A stretch of DNA of 62,832 nucleotides, filler included. It is 4 parts of 4 records of this genome, joined end to end, with 100 filler letters (N's around TTAATTAATTAA, not from the genome) between each part and the next. Parts side by side here need not be neighbours in the genome. Positions count along the whole stretch, not along the records: positions 23,869 to 45,111 come from DRR378314_2517; 3 more parts are not named here. One strand, written 5' to 3'. Under the pieces are notes generated by a model, which was not told the DNA's origin, made no database searches, and saw nothing but the letters and a program-made list of their open reading frames with translations. Shown here piece by piece: positions 31,376 to 42,620 of the stretch. The position numbers were made by a program, and so were the translations under genes. How positions within the stretch are numbered: the stretch's first letter is position 1; every line of letters begins with the position of its first letter.

Positions 31376-32571
31376 TGGATGTCCTTTATATCTATCAGTG
31401 AAATAACATCTTTGCTTGTTAAACCATCTACTATTTCAACATGACTTAAGTTATGTTTACCCAACTTAACCGTTGTTTTTACAAACTCTCCAGATTGTTC
31501 AAGGTAGACATAGTGTGCATTTTGTTCAGTAAATACACTTTGCTTAGGTACAACCAAGCGTTCACTCCGTGGAGTAACGAGAATACGGGCATCAAGCTTT
31601 AAGCCTGGGCGCAAAATAGGCGTCTGCTTTGTAATGCTAGCCTTTAGTTCGTAAAATTTTTGTGGATCGCCGCGCTTTATTGACTTAGGAAAAGGGGAGA
31701 CGTTAATGACCTCGCCGTTAAATTGCTTTTCAGGCAAAGCAATCAGTTGAAATTGCAGTGATTGGCCTGGCGCTAAATCGATTGCTTCTCGCTCAGGAAC
31801 ATACAGCTTTAATTGCATCTGGCTGATATCAGGTAGGGCTGCAATTTTTTGACCCGGCCATAAAGTTTCGCCAGCACGAGGCTTTTCACCACGCCAATTA
31901 GTATTGTGGGTTAACAGTCCATCATGGGGGGCAATGATTTCAAGTTGAGACAGGTTAGTATTAAGCATGGCTAATTTTTGCGTGTATTGATCTTCTTGCA
32001 TTTTTAATAACATGATCTCCCCCGCAGCACTTTGCTCAAACCGCTTAGTTTGCCATTCGAAATAATCGTGTTTAGCATTTAAAAATTCAACGTTTTGTTG
32101 GGTTTCTAAGATATCTAGTTTTGAACGAATGCGCTCATCTTCTATAGAATAATCTTCAGCAAATTGCTTTTCTTGATTTACCATTACAATATCGTGATTT
32201 AAGATGGCTCTATCTTTACCAATAGCCCCTGATTTTTGCGTTAAATCTTGTGCTGTTTGAGCCGCTTTATTGTTGTGCTTTTGGCTTTGGCGGCGCATTA
32301 ATTCGCCGTCAAAACGGGCAATAACATCCCCTTTTTTAACTTGGCTGTATTCAGGCATGAGCCAAGCTATTGTTTGTGGTCCTTTTGATGACGCTGGCGT
32401 ACTAATAATGGTTTCATTTGCCGCAATCAGGTGACCCTTAGCTTGTACTTCGGTTAAAAACTCTTGTCGCTCAACCGTGTAAGTCAATGCGCTTGGTGCG
32501 ATATTTTCTTTTGAACATCCTGCAATTAACAGTGCTGATGAAAAAACAACCAATGCAAAATGTATTTTCAT
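31372..32571 (-). CDS. Periplasmic adaptor (MFP) 3, predicted lipoprotein
   Basis: Lipobox LIAGC, VKKGDVIARFD and IIAPHDG. Confidence 0.88.
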   Translation of the reverse strand: MKIHFALVVFSSALLIAGCSKENIAPSALTYTVERQEFLTEVQAKGHLIAANETIISTPASSKGPQTIAWLMPEYSQVKKGDVIARFDGELMRRQSQKHNNKAAQTAQDLTQKSGAIGKDRAILNHDIVMVNQEKQFAEDYSIEDERIRSKLDILETQQNVEFLNAKHDYFEWQTKRFEQSAAGEIMLLKMQEDQYTQKLAMLNTNLSQLEIIAPHDGLLTHNTNWRGEKPRAGETLWPGQKIAALPDISQMQLKLYVPEREAIDLAPGQSLQFQLIALPEKQFNGEVINVSPFPKSIKRGDPQKFYELKASITKQTPILRPGLKLDARILVTPRSERLVVPKQSVFTEQNAHYVYLEQSGEFVKTTVKLGKHNLSHVEIVDGLTSKDVISLIDIKDIQ

Positions 32572-33740
32572 AATTTCACCTCATCACCGACTTTTAAACC
32601 GTTTGTAACGACAGCAATATTATCTGAAAAATGACTTATCGTAATAAACTGTTTATCGTTTTCAGTGGTTGTTACATAAGGGCCTGTTTGGTCGTATCGA
32701 ATACTCGCTAATGGAATACTAAGTACCTGCGAAAGTTCCGCGGTTGTTATTTCGAGTCGTGCAGTCAATCCAGGACGAATAATGCTGGTATCAAGATCGT
32801 CAATGCTCACTATGGCATCAATAATACGGCGCTTATCTTGAGGCGATTTTTCAGTGAACACACGGCCTAAACGTTTAACTTTACCTGAGACAACGATTTC
32901 AGAGCTGCCATCAATCGTTATTTTTACAATTTGGCCCGGCGCTATTTTACCGCTGTCAGGTTCATCTATTTGCGCTTTGATTTGCATGTCTTGTAATACA
33001 GCAAGTTCAATAACAGGTTGACCAAACTGGACGCTTTCGCCAATTGATGACTTTTCGCCCTCATAATTAGTTTTATAAGTGACTAAACCATCAATAGGCG
33101 CCTTGACTTTAAGTCGTTCAATATCCTTTAAGAAACCGTTAACTTCGCTTTGAAGACGCGCAACCTTACTTTCTGCAGTTTTTAAATTGAGCTTTTTGCT
33201 TTGTAGTTGGTACGCTTGTTTACTCTTGGCAAGAGTGAGGTCATTGTCCGCAATGGTAAAATCAATCTGTGATTTTTTACGATCAACCTCTGAGCGTGAG
33301 TTATCAACTATCTGGGCTCTGCGCTTAGCTCTATCGTAATTCATTTTCATTTCAGCAACTTTAAGAGCCAGCTCTTGTTCTTTTATTAACTCTTTGTTTT
33401 GCGCATTTTCGAGTTGTTTTTTTGCTCTATCCAGTTTGCCTTGCTTGTCGATTAGCCTATCTCTAACAGGTTTATCATCGAATGAGATAACTACTTGGCC
33501 TTTTTTCACATGGCTGTTTTCTGGTTGCATGGTTTTTATTTGATATTGCCACATACGAGCCACAGAGGGCGGGGCAATCATTGCACTTGAAGATGACTCT
33601 AATTCTCCATTAGCTTTTACAGTGAGCACAACATCGTTGCTTTTTACATTAAAGTGCTGGTTGTCGGGTTCACTACAGGCTGATAGAAATAGCGCGGTCA
33701 CAATGAGTAGCGGTTTAAAATAATTGGCCTGTTTATTCAT
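32568..33740 (-). CDS. Periplasmic adaptor (MFP) 2, predicted lipoprotein
   Basis: Lipobox LSAC, VKKGQVVISFD, VKAPIDG and GLKVGDEV. Confidence 0.88.
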   Translation of the reverse strand: MNKQANYFKPLLIVTALFLSACSEPDNQHFNVKSNDVVLTVKANGELESSSSAMIAPPSVARMWQYQIKTMQPENSHVKKGQVVISFDDKPVRDRLIDKQGKLDRAKKQLENAQNKELIKEQELALKVAEMKMNYDRAKRRAQIVDNSRSEVDRKKSQIDFTIADNDLTLAKSKQAYQLQSKKLNLKTAESKVARLQSEVNGFLKDIERLKVKAPIDGLVTYKTNYEGEKSSIGESVQFGQPVIELAVLQDMQIKAQIDEPDSGKIAPGQIVKITIDGSSEIVVSGKVKRLGRVFTEKSPQDKRRIIDAIVSIDDLDTSIIRPGLTARLEITTAELSQVLSIPLASIRYDQTGPYVTTTENDKQFITISHFSDNIAVVTNGLKVGDEVKL

Positions 33741-34701
33741 GCCCAGTAGCTCCCATTGTTAATTTTGCACTCATGCCAGGTAACAGATTTAAACCAGGTG
33801 CGGTAAAGTTAAAACGCGCTCTAAAATAGGCATCTTTACCCCATTGTAAGCGCTCTTCTGGTTGAGTGGATATTTCAGTAAGTGTGGCCTGTAATGGGTG
33901 TTTCAAATAAGCATCAAAGAGCAGGTCAGCCTGTTGTCCGACTTTAAGGTCTTTATAATCAATTTCGTGGATCCAAGCTTCAATATACAGCTCGCTCATG
34001 GCAGGAATTTCAGCAATTTGCCAACCCGGTTGCGCAGTCATTCCTACAAACGCTTTTTCACCGTTCCATGGGTGATTAGCATAGAGCACAGGCCCTGTGC
34101 GCAGTGCTGAAATAGTCATACTTTCTAGTTGAGTTTTATTGTACTGCAGGTCGGTTTTTAGCTGCTCAATGATAAGCTGTTGCTTGTTATGTGCGACGAT
34201 GTTTTCAGTTTTGACTTGAATAAGTTCTTCAGAAGATTTTTGTCGATTAATTAATGCTTTTTCTAATTCAAGTTGATTTTTTTGATAATCATATGTGCTC
34301 AGGTTATCTTGCGGAATGGCAGCATCAATGCGCGCTCGTTGAACTAATAGTTCAGTGCGTTTATAGTTAAACTCAGCTTCAATTTGCTTTTCTTCATTGC
34401 TGGTGGTTATACGGACTAACTCTTCTTTTGCCGCCTCCAAGCTTACTTCATCTTGTTCAATGTTGGTTGCGATAGAGCCACTGTCGAATACAACGACAAT
34501 TTCACCTTGTTGAGCAATGTCTCCTTCTTCCATCATCCACTGAACTTGTACCCGCCAGTTATCAGATTTAGGAGCATAAAAAGTTTGTTGTTCACTTGCT
34601 TTTAACTCACCACTTAATAGCAGAGGCTGTGCAAGGGTTGAATATGTAGCGCAGCACAGCAAGAATACTAAACTGGTTTTAATGTATTGTTTAATTAACA
34701 T
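33733..34701 (-). CDS. Periplasmic adaptor (MFP) 1, short form
   Basis: Signal peptide, EGDIAQQGEIVVVFD, coiled coil and LLPGMSA. It ends before the membrane-proximal segment present in the other two. Confidence 0.82.
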   Translation of the reverse strand: MLIKQYIKTSLVFLLCCATYSTLAQPLLLSGELKASEQQTFYAPKSDNWRVQVQWMMEEGDIAQQGEIVVVFDSGSIATNIEQDEVSLEAAKEELVRITTSNEEKQIEAEFNYKRTELLVQRARIDAAIPQDNLSTYDYQKNQLELEKALINRQKSSEELIQVKTENIVAHNKQQLIIEQLKTDLQYNKTQLESMTISALRTGPVLYANHPWNGEKAFVGMTAQPGWQIAEIPAMSELYIEAWIHEIDYKDLKVGQQADLLFDAYLKHPLQATLTEISTQPEERLQWGKDAYFRARFNFTAPGLNLLPGMSAKLTMGATGHE

Positions 34702-35369
34702 CCGCTGTCCTCAATAACGACGCCGTCTTTCATCCTGATAATACGCTTTGCGTAAGCTGCAATATCTTCTTCGTGCGTAACCATGACCAAAGTATGGCCT
34801 TGTTGATGAAGCGTACAGAGTAATTCCATAATTTCATGTGATGTTTTGCTATCGAGGTTTCCTGTGGGCTCATCGGCAAATATGACGTTAGGCTCGTTTA
34901 TAAGGGCTCTTGCTATGGCAACGCGCTGGCGTTGACCACCGGACATTTCAAAAGGCTTATGATGTGCTCGTGTCTCAAGACCCACTTTGTCTAACATGGC
35001 CATGGCTCTCTCGTTGGCTTGATGTTTGGGTATGTCAGTATAACGAAGTGGAAGAGCAACGTTGTCTTGTGCGCTTAAACGGGTTAGCAAATGAAAGGTT
35101 TGAAAAATGAACCCAATTTTTTTGTTACGAATTGATGAAAGACTTATATCATCAATTTCTTTTATACTTTCCCCAGAAAGTAGGTAGTTACCAGATGAAG
35201 GAGTATCTAAGCAGCCTAAAATATTCATTAGGGTGGATTTACCTGAGCCGGACGCGCCCATAACAGCAACAAACTCACCTTCCTTGATGTGTAATGAGAC
35301 ATTTTTTAATGCCATCACTTTTGTTTCACCGGCACCGTAAGTACGGCAAAGGTTTTCAACCCTGATCAT
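34695..35369 (-). CDS. ABC transporter ATP-binding protein (MacB/LolD-like)
   Basis: GASGSGKST, MSGGQRQR, FADEPTGNLD and VTH. ATG 35369 preferred. Confidence 0.95.
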   Translation of the reverse strand: MIRVENLCRTYGAGETKVMALKNVSLHIKEGEFVAVMGASGSGKSTLMNILGCLDTPSSGNYLLSGESIKEIDDISLSSIRNKKIGFIFQTFHLLTRLSAQDNVALPLRYTDIPKHQANERAMAMLDKVGLETRAHHKPFEMSGGQRQRVAIARALINEPNVIFADEPTGNLDSKTSHEIMELLCTLHQQGHTLVMVTHEEDIAAYAKRIIRMKDGVVIEDSGC

Positions 35370-35569
35370 ATTGTTACTTTTTTTTATAGCTTTGGATTTA
35401 TAAACTATCGATAAATATGACAATAAACAAGCTAAAATTGCAAAGTAAGTGAAATTATAAAGTATTTATTTTTCAATAAAATCAATTGTTAATATTTTGT
35501 TTTGTTGCTTTTTTGGGAGTAATATAAGCGCTTAGCTGGGTATTAATAAGGGGTCATAAATGTGTGGTT

Positions 35570-35599
35570 AAGTAGCGCGTATTTAAAACCACGCTACTT
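35570..35599 (-). terminator. Hairpin downstream of the NfeD-like gene
   Basis: aagtagcg / cgctactt inverted repeat. Confidence 0.5.
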
Positions 35600-35625
35600 G
35601 TATTACCGAGCTTGAAGAGTCGGTG

Positions 35626-36078
35626 TTAGATTGCTTCAACCCAAAGTACGCCTACTTCTTTTTTTATTACTTTTACATGGGTTCCGGCAGGTAATGGTTG
35701 GTGGCTTTTTAATTTCCAATTAATGCCAGAGTACGCATGCGTAGTTAAACCTAAATCATCAACATCATTTTTAATTATAAAATTTAGCTCAGCAAAGTCG
35801 CTATTTATGTCTTTGCTGTCTACGTTGTTTTGCATGCGCTTTAGCGGTTTCCACAATAAGACAGCACACGCTGAGGTGATCAGTGTATTACTCCAAAGAG
35901 CTGTCGTTAATGATGTTTCAAGCAGGCCTACGTTCATCATTAGGCCGGTTGAAAATAATGAGATGCCTAAAAAAAGTAGTATAAATGTCGATAGCCCAAG
36001 CACAGCCACTTCGATAATTAGAGCTATTACACCCATGATCATTAAGGCTTCGGGTAAATTATTAACAATATACTCCAT
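35626..36078 (-). CDS. NfeD-like (YbbJ-type) membrane protein
   Basis: Hydrophobic N-terminal half and a C-terminal OB-like segment (YSGINWKLKS...GTHVKV). Directly downstream of the SPFH gene. Confidence 0.85.
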   Translation of the reverse strand: MEYIVNNLPEALMIMGVIALIIEVAVLGLSTFILLFLGISLFSTGLMMNVGLLETSLTTALWSNTLITSACAVLLWKPLKRMQNNVDSKDINSDFAELNFIIKNDVDDLGLTTHAYSGINWKLKSHQPLPAGTHVKVIKKEVGVLWVEAI

Positions 36079-36094
36079 CGGTTACTCCACTGTG

Positions 36095-37048
36095 TTAGCT
36101 TTTTTGCTTTTGGTTTAATGAGTTGATAATTGACATGCCTTGCGCGACTAATGAGCTTGCATCGGTGCCGTTATCAGGTAACAAAACAACGGATGATTCA
36201 CGCGCAATGGCTTCTTTTGCGGCAATCGCTTTTGTTGCTAAATCGAGTTGTATCGCTTTTTGACCTTCTTCAGTGTCTGCTGCTTCACCTACTTTACGCA
36301 GTGCATCAGCTTGCGCTTCAGCGACAGCTATGATTGCTTTTGCCTCACCTTCTGCTTGCAGTATTTGTTCAGCTTTGTCAGCTTCAGCAGCTAATACTTG
36401 CGCTTGCTTCTTACCTTCTGCGACATTGATGTTAGCTTGACGATCACCCTCTGACTCTAAGATTTGTGCTCGTTTTACACGCTCCGCTTTCATTTGCGCT
36501 TCCATCGCTTCCATTACAGATTGTGGCGGTACAATGTCTTTAATTTCATAGCGCAATACTTGAATGCCCCAAGGCTCAGCCGCTTGGTTAATTGCAGTGA
36601 CGATATTTGTATTTAACAGATCTCGCTCTTCAAAGGTTTTATCTAATTCCATTTTACCAAGCTCAGAACGCATAGTGGTTTGTGATAACTGTGTAACTGC
36701 AAAAACGTAGTCATCAACACCGTAAGTTGCTTTGTACGGGTCTAGTACGCGAAAATAAAGCACGCCATCTACAATAAGTGAAATGTTGTCTTTGGTTATA
36801 GCTGATTGAGAAGGAACATCTTGTGCCTGTTCTTTAAGGCTTCTATCGGCGGCAATGCGATCTACAAATGGAACAATGAAATTCAGCCCCGCTTCTTTGG
36901 TTGATTGGTATTTACCAAAGCGCTCTATTAACCATGCGCGATTTTGTGGAACAAATTTAACGCTACTTTTAAGCAGCACTAAAACAAAGATAAGTAAAAA
37001 CGCTTCAACAGTGAAAACCATGTTGAGAATTTGCGTAATGGGGTCCAT
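36095..37048 (-). CDS. SPFH/stomatin-like protein (QmcA-type)
   Basis: ERFGKY, ITKDN, WGIQVLRYEI and QMKAERVKRA. An AGGAG RBS supports ATG 37048. Confidence 0.95.
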   Translation of the reverse strand: MDPITQILNMVFTVEAFLLIFVLVLLKSSVKFVPQNRAWLIERFGKYQSTKEAGLNFIVPFVDRIAADRSLKEQAQDVPSQSAITKDNISLIVDGVLYFRVLDPYKATYGVDDYVFAVTQLSQTTMRSELGKMELDKTFEERDLLNTNIVTAINQAAEPWGIQVLRYEIKDIVPPQSVMEAMEAQMKAERVKRAQILESEGDRQANINVAEGKKQAQVLAAEADKAEQILQAEGEAKAIIAVAEAQADALRKVGEAADTEEGQKAIQLDLATKAIAAKEAIARESSVVLLPDNGTDASSLVAQGMSIINSLNQKQKS

Positions 37049-37188
37049 AAGTGCTCTCCTTAGAATCAAGCAACGATGCTTGTTTTTAAAATGTGTCCAA
37101 TTGCAATTAACTTCAGATTACCACTAGTGTATTAATTCGACTAGTAAAAGTTGTTTAAGCAGCCTGACATATAAAAAGGCTCTACAAG

Positions 37189-38631
37189 TTATTTATCAAA
37201 TATGCTGATGGTGTTACGTCCTGAGTTTTTAGCGATGTACAAAGCGCTGTCTGCTGCGAGGATCATCGAGTCCTCTGTGGTTGCTTTATCAGGAATACTG
37301 GTATAACAACCAATACTTAGAGTCAGGTTTTTGGATATACTCGAAAAAGGGTGGGCTATTTGCAACTCGCTAATACATTTTTGCAATAACTGTGCAAATT
37401 GACTGCATTGCTCTTTATCTAAGCAAGGTAAAATAATTGCAAACTCTTCACCTCCGTAACGCGCTGCTAAATCTCCTTCGCGCTTACATAGTCGATGGAG
37501 TGCTTTAGCTACCTTTTTAAGAACCTGATCACCTTGTTGGTGGCCATAGTTATCGTTGTAGAGTTTAAAGTAGTCAATATCACAAATTATTAAGCTGAGA
37601 GGTTGGTTGGCACGCACAGCTCGAAGAATTTCAGTTTTTAAGGTTTGATCAAACCTGCGCCGGTTTGCTATTGAAGTCAAGCTATCAATATTGGCTTGCG
37701 TTTCTAGCTCTTTATTTACTTTAAGTAATTGTTGTTGCATTTGTTCAATATGCAGCTTGTAGGATGCATTTTTCAATGCGCTAGTAAGTATTTCACCAAC
37801 TAATTTTATTCTAATTAAATCCGTTTCTGTCCAATCGTGTGCATTGCTCACACAGTCACACCCTATAAATCCAAATAAGGCGTTTTCAGAGTGTAATGCT
37901 ATGCATAATAGGGACTTTATACCTTCAGCTTGAAATTCTGCTTTTTCTGGAGCGGCTTCATGAGGCAGTTTATTCACATCAGAGACAATAAAAACGCCCT
38001 CGCTTTTTAGCTTACTAAAAAAGTACGGAAGAGCCTCTTGAGGAATATTCTGTAAGCGTTGTTTAAAGGGAATTATGGTGTGATTGACCCACTCATGAGT
38101 ATTACTCATCAGCATCCCATCTTGGCTAAATTGAAACAAATAACTCCGATCGGCATCACAAAATGTGCCAATTGTTTGTAGCACATCTTCTATTTTCTTA
38201 TCAACACTGTCTGATTGTATATCAATGAGTTGGCTTGATATTTTAGCGATGACTTCGTCAAAGTTATCGGACTTAGTGGTATTATTCAATTGGTCAAAAA
38301 TATAAATGCTTGTGCGGTTATCTATATTTGTAAGTTTAACACGGACTTTATTGTGTAAAGGGCTTATTAAAAAATCATCATCCGCTAATGCATGTTCAGC
38401 AGACAAGAAGGTCGCCAGTGTAGTTGTATTGCGTGATAAAGTTGATGTAATCGTTATGTGCTTTAATTTTTCAGAAGTAATTTCGATTTGCTCAGGAAGG
38501 TCGAACATATTCCTTGCAAGTGCGTTAGAGTGCACCGAGGACGAGGCATCGCGCATTACTATAGCATAAGGGAGTGCTTGCAAAGTACACCATATTGTTT
38601 TGGAGTCCAGTTGCGTTTTGGCTGACGACAC
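37189..38631 (-). CDS. GAF-sensor diguanylate cyclase
   Basis: GAF segment (ADRSYLFQF...SNTHEW), DSLT, DIDYFKLYND, I-site REGD and GGEEF. Confidence 0.94.
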   Translation of the reverse strand: MSSAKTQLDSKTIWCTLQALPYAIVMRDASSSVHSNALARNMFDLPEQIEITSEKLKHITITSTLSRNTTTLATFLSAEHALADDDFLISPLHNKVRVKLTNIDNRTSIYIFDQLNNTTKSDNFDEVIAKISSQLIDIQSDSVDKKIEDVLQTIGTFCDADRSYLFQFSQDGMLMSNTHEWVNHTIIPFKQRLQNIPQEALPYFFSKLKSEGVFIVSDVNKLPHEAAPEKAEFQAEGIKSLLCIALHSENALFGFIGCDCVSNAHDWTETDLIRIKLVGEILTSALKNASYKLHIEQMQQQLLKVNKELETQANIDSLTSIANRRRFDQTLKTEILRAVRANQPLSLIICDIDYFKLYNDNYGHQQGDQVLKKVAKALHRLCKREGDLAARYGGEEFAIILPCLDKEQCSQFAQLLQKCISELQIAHPFSSISKNLTLSIGCYTSIPDKATTEDSMILAADSALYIAKNSGRNTISIFDK

Positions 38632-38866
38632 GATGGTAAATAACCCTATAACTTCCTATTAACATAGTTAGTTTACAATCAATTACTGAAAAATGGTACT
38701 TTTTGACTGCCATTGATTAATATATTACACACTGTATTATGCGCGGGACTTTTTTAGTGCGTTTGAGCTCGGGAAGTATTATAATTGATATTGTATATCA
38801 TTACTGTTTGATTCTTTCATAAATGATGCTATTTCCTTCTATTTTATACAGGTAAACCACACCTTC

Positions 38867-39754
38867 ATGACCGATATTACGACGCATAAAGCTTCTCGGC
38901 GACGCCTTTTAATTGCACTTGCAATCACTTGCTCTTTTATGATTATCCAAGTCGTGGGTGCTTATTATGCAAACTCTCTTGCCGTGCTAGCAGATGCAGG
39001 GCATCTATTTGTACATAATAGCTCACTTTTCATTGCTTTATTAGCATCTAGCTTAGCAATTCATTTGGCCAAAACATATAACGATGGTTATCAAAAAGCT
39101 GAGTTAACGGGCGGCTTAATCAATGGTTGTCTTTATTTAGCGATCAGCTTGGTTATTTTGTTTGAGGGAGGTGAGAGATTACTTCATCACCATGAGGGAG
39201 AAGGTGTTGCTGTAAATAGTTATTTAATGTCTGTAATCGCTGCGATTGGATTCTTATTTCATGGCGCTGCTGCATGGGTATTATATAAAGGGCGTAAAGC
39301 AAGCATTAACGTATATGCTGTATTTCTTCATTCATTCTTTGATCTTATATCAACTGTTTCGACTTTTATTGCAGGTGTCCTTATTTATCTCACCGGTTGG
39401 ACAGTTATAGATATATTATCAAGTATGCTTATCGCATTATTTGTATTTTTCACTGGAATTAAAGTGATAATCTCTTGTGTTAAAGGGTTATCGCAAAGTA
39501 ACGCCAAATTACCAGACGTCAATGATATTGAATCATCGATCAGCCAAGTTGAACATGTGGAAAATGTCCACAATGTGACAGTAACGCGTCGCGAAAAGAA
39601 GCTAGTTGTAGGTGCCCATGTCGTATTGAAACAACATTGCACTAAAGAAAAGCATGATGAAGCTTGTCGATTGAAAGTAGAGCAGCTGTTGGCTAAGCGG
39701 TTTAATATCGCAGAAAGCGTTTTACAAATTGAAAGTAACGGATGCCTTCATTAA
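38867..39754 (+). CDS. Cation diffusion facilitator (CDF) metal exporter
   Basis: NSLAVLADAGH, FLHSFFD and a C-terminal cytoplasmic domain (VENVHNV...LQIE). Confidence 0.9.
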   Translation: MTDITTHKASRRRLLIALAITCSFMIIQVVGAYYANSLAVLADAGHLFVHNSSLFIALLASSLAIHLAKTYNDGYQKAELTGGLINGCLYLAISLVILFEGGERLLHHHEGEGVAVNSYLMSVIAAIGFLFHGAAAWVLYKGRKASINVYAVFLHSFFDLISTVSTFIAGVLIYLTGWTVIDILSSMLIALFVFFTGIKVIISCVKGLSQSNAKLPDVNDIESSISQVEHVENVHNVTVTRREKKLVVGAHVVLKQHCTKEKHDEACRLKVEQLLAKRFNIAESVLQIESNGCLH

Positions 39755-39842
39755 CTCTGAAATTGGACAGTTTTTAATAACTTTAACTTGGCAAAGAAGG
39801 TTTTTTCCCTTACTTTTAGTGGTAGTTATTAATAATTAGGAC

Positions 39843-42620
39843 ATGTTCTTGGTTATATTTCAGCATCGTTATTTTGTACTTTTTTGCTCCATTATACTGG
39901 CGGTGCTAGCTGGTTTTGCAAATCTATTGCCATTTTGGTTTTTAGACAGTTCAGAGTTTTTGTTCGGCCAGCTTTTTGTTTTACTCTCCCTTTTGTTCTT
40001 TGGTTTGCGCTATGCCTTGTTTGCTTGTTGTGTTAGTGCGGCTTTCATATTTTATCGCTGGGGACATTGCTGGCCTTCAATCGTTTTCATGGGGGAAGTT
40101 TTTTGGCTCTATTATTTCTGCTACTGCCGCGCTAAGCCACTATTTTTTATAGGCATAGCCTATTGGTTAACTATAGGTTTACCGCTGCTTGGTTTAATTG
40201 GCGTTTTTGTTGTAGATATTCACCTGTTGGGTGTATTTACAGCCTTAGTTAAATACTTTTTAAATGCTGCAATCACATTAATCGTTATTGATTTAATAAG
40301 CTTCTTCTTTATCAGGCAAACTTGGCAACGCAGTGGCTTATCCTTGTATCAAATTCTTAACTATATAGTGAGTTTGTTGGTCGTACTCGTCGTGTTGTTA
40401 ACCACCATTTTGTTAACAAACAACCACTATACTCGTATCGAATACGAGGTTAAATCACAGCTGCTGGATAAATCAAAAGATATTGCCGCCAAGATAGATC
40501 TTTACTTAAATGATTTTCGTCGTGGGGTAGTGTTAACTGCAAAAGCAATTGAACATGGAATGGATGAAGAGGTTGCACTTGAAAACTTAATGGCGCAATA
40601 CCCAAATTTACGCTCGTCAATAATTAGTGATGCAAATGCGATTGCTCGTGTATTTAATCCAATTAGTCTTAAAGAAAGTTTAAATGATGACGCACCATCC
40701 ATTGCTGATAGGGATTACTACATTATTGGCAAAGAAAGACCAAACGGTTATATCTCAAATATATTTGAGAGTCGTGGGTTGGGCGATGTTCCTATTGTGG
40801 GAGTTTCTGCACCAATTGTAAAAAATGGTGAGTTTCAAGGCATCGTTGAAGGGTCACTGGTATTTGGCACATTATTGCAATTTAGACCAAGCTTTTTTGA
40901 TAATGAAGGCGAGCTTATTGTTTTGGATGCTAGTCAGCAAATTGTTTTTAGTACATTAGCTAAGCAGTACCCTGTACTAACCCCAATTAGTAACTCAGAC
41001 TTGGCGCAGCTTAAAGGCAATGAACGAGCTATTATGGAGCAGACAATTGATGGTGAGCAATATTATGCTCAATTATTTAAATCTCCAGAGCAGCAGTGGT
41101 ATGTCATTACTTTATTCAATAGAAAGCATGCTAATTTGGTTGCAGCTGGCGCATGGCTTCAATCGCTGTTTTTAGCCTTTGTTATTATTGTCCTCATAGG
41201 TATATTTATCACGCGTTTGTCTAGGTGGTTAGTAAGGCCGATAGAAGATTTAAGTACACAGATTGATGAGTTTGATCCTAAGGAGTCTACAGTTACCTTG
41301 TCTCATGACAATCGCTCATGGCTAGAAGTGCACAATCTTCAACAACAATTTGGCGTACTGGCGATTAAGCTCAGTAATAGTTTTAATGAACTTGAACAAG
41401 CAAACATTGAAAACAAAGCCCTCAATTCAAAGCTAAAAGACTTCAATTATAAACTGGAAGAGCAGGTAAACGAGAAAACAAACGAATTAATAAAAGCGGT
41501 GGCTCTTGCTAATAAGGCAAGTCAGGCTAAGTCACAATTTTTGGCCAATATGAGTCATGAAATTCGAACACCTCTCAATGGCATTATTGGTTTAACGGAT
41601 ATTCTATTGACCGAAAATACGCTTGAAAATGAAAGTTGCGAGCAACTGCAAATGATCCAGCAGAGCGCAAACAATCTATTATTGATATTAAACGACATTT
41701 TGGACTTTTCTAAGATAGAGGCGGGTGCGCTGAAGCTTGATGACCAAAGTGTGAACGTGCGTCAATTACTTAATCAAGCTGGGCAAGTGTTTAGTAATAC
41801 AGGCGTTAAAGAAGGCGTGACTTTTGAGTTGCTTATTGCGCCTAATGTTCCCAAAGTTATATTGGTTGATGGGTTGCGTTTAAGCCAAGTCATCAACAAC
41901 CTATTAAGCAACGCAGGTAAGTTTACAGCTAAAGGTAAAATTAAATTACAGGTTGATCATAAAGACGGGAATTTACTAGTCGCAGTTCAAGATACTGGTA
42001 TAGGTATTTCGCAATCGCAACAAGCTTCCTTGTTTAAGGAGTTTACTCAGGCTGATATATCAACAACTCGGCACTATGGTGGCACAGGGCTAGGGTTAGC
42101 CATTTGTCAGCGTATTTTAACCTTGATGGGTGGTAAGCTTGAGGTAAGCAGTGTGGTAGGCGAGGGGAGCTGTTTTTCTTTATCATTACCAGTTGAGCTT
42201 GCGCAGTCAGCTGAAATTGTAGAAAAGCAGATGGCAATACCTGACTTGTCCAATTTTCGTATTCTGTTAGTAGAGGATAACCCTATTAATCAAATTGTAA
42301 TATCGAAAATGCTGGCAGACACTCGGTGTTCTTTGCAGACTGCTGGGGATGGTGAATTAGCGCTTTCATGTATGCGCAAGCACGAATTTGATCTGATATT
42401 AATGGATTGTCAGATGCCGAATATGGACGGTTATCAATGTACCAGAGAAATACGCAAAAATGCGCAACAGTTCGGCCCAGTCACAATTATTGCTATCACT
42501 GCTAATGCCTTTGAAGAAGACAAGAAAAAATGTTTACAGGTAGGTATGAACGACTTCATATCAAAACCCGTTGATAGAGCTCAATTATATAACTGCTTAG
42601 TTAAGTGGGCGAACAATTAA
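39843..42620 (+). CDS. Hybrid sensor histidine kinase (multi-TM, Cache-like, HisKA, HATPase, REC)
   Basis: [38 protein letters not shown] and LILMDCQMP. Confidence 0.96.
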   Translation: MFLVIFQHRYFVLFCSIILAVLAGFANLLPFWFLDSSEFLFGQLFVLLSLLFFGLRYALFACCVSAAFIFYRWGHCWPSIVFMGEVFWLYYFCYCRAKPLFFIGIAYWLTIGLPLLGLIGVFVVDIHLLGVFTALVKYFLNAAITLIVIDLISFFFIRQTWQRSGLSLYQILNYIVSLLVVLVVLLTTILLTNNHYTRIEYEVKSQLLDKSKDIAAKIDLYLNDFRRGVVLTAKAIEHGMDEEVALENLMAQYPNLRSSIISDANAIARVFNPISLKESLNDDAPSIADRDYYIIGKERPNGYISNIFESRGLGDVPIVGVSAPIVKNGEFQGIVEGSLVFGTLLQFRPSFFDNEGELIVLDASQQIVFSTLAKQYPVLTPISNSDLAQLKGNERAIMEQTIDGEQYYAQLFKSPEQQWYVITLFNRKHANLVAAGAWLQSLFLAFVIIVLIGIFITRLSRWLVRPIEDLSTQIDEFDPKESTVTLSHDNRSWLEVHNLQQQFGVLAIKLSNSFNELEQANIENKALNSKLKDFNYKLEEQVNEKTNELIKAVALANKASQAKSQFLANMSHEIRTPLNGIIGLTDILLTENTLENESCEQLQMIQQSANNLLLILNDILDFSKIEAGALKLDDQSVNVRQLLNQAGQVFSNTGVKEGVTFELLIAPNVPKVILVDGLRLSQVINNLLSNAGKFTAKGKIKLQVDHKDGNLLVAVQDTGIGISQSQQASLFKEFTQADISTTRHYGGTGLGLAICQRILTLMGGKLEVSSVVGEGSCFSLSLPVELAQSAEIVEKQMAIPDLSNFRILLVEDNPINQIVISKMLADTRCSLQTAGDGELALSCMRKHEFDLILMDCQMPNMDGYQCTREIRKNAQQFGPVTIIAITANAFEEDKKKCLQVGMNDFISKPVDRAQLYNCLVKWANN

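Noticed and set aside
35626..37048. SPFH-NfeD pair as a novel system
   Set aside because: A well-known conserved prokaryotic gene pair.
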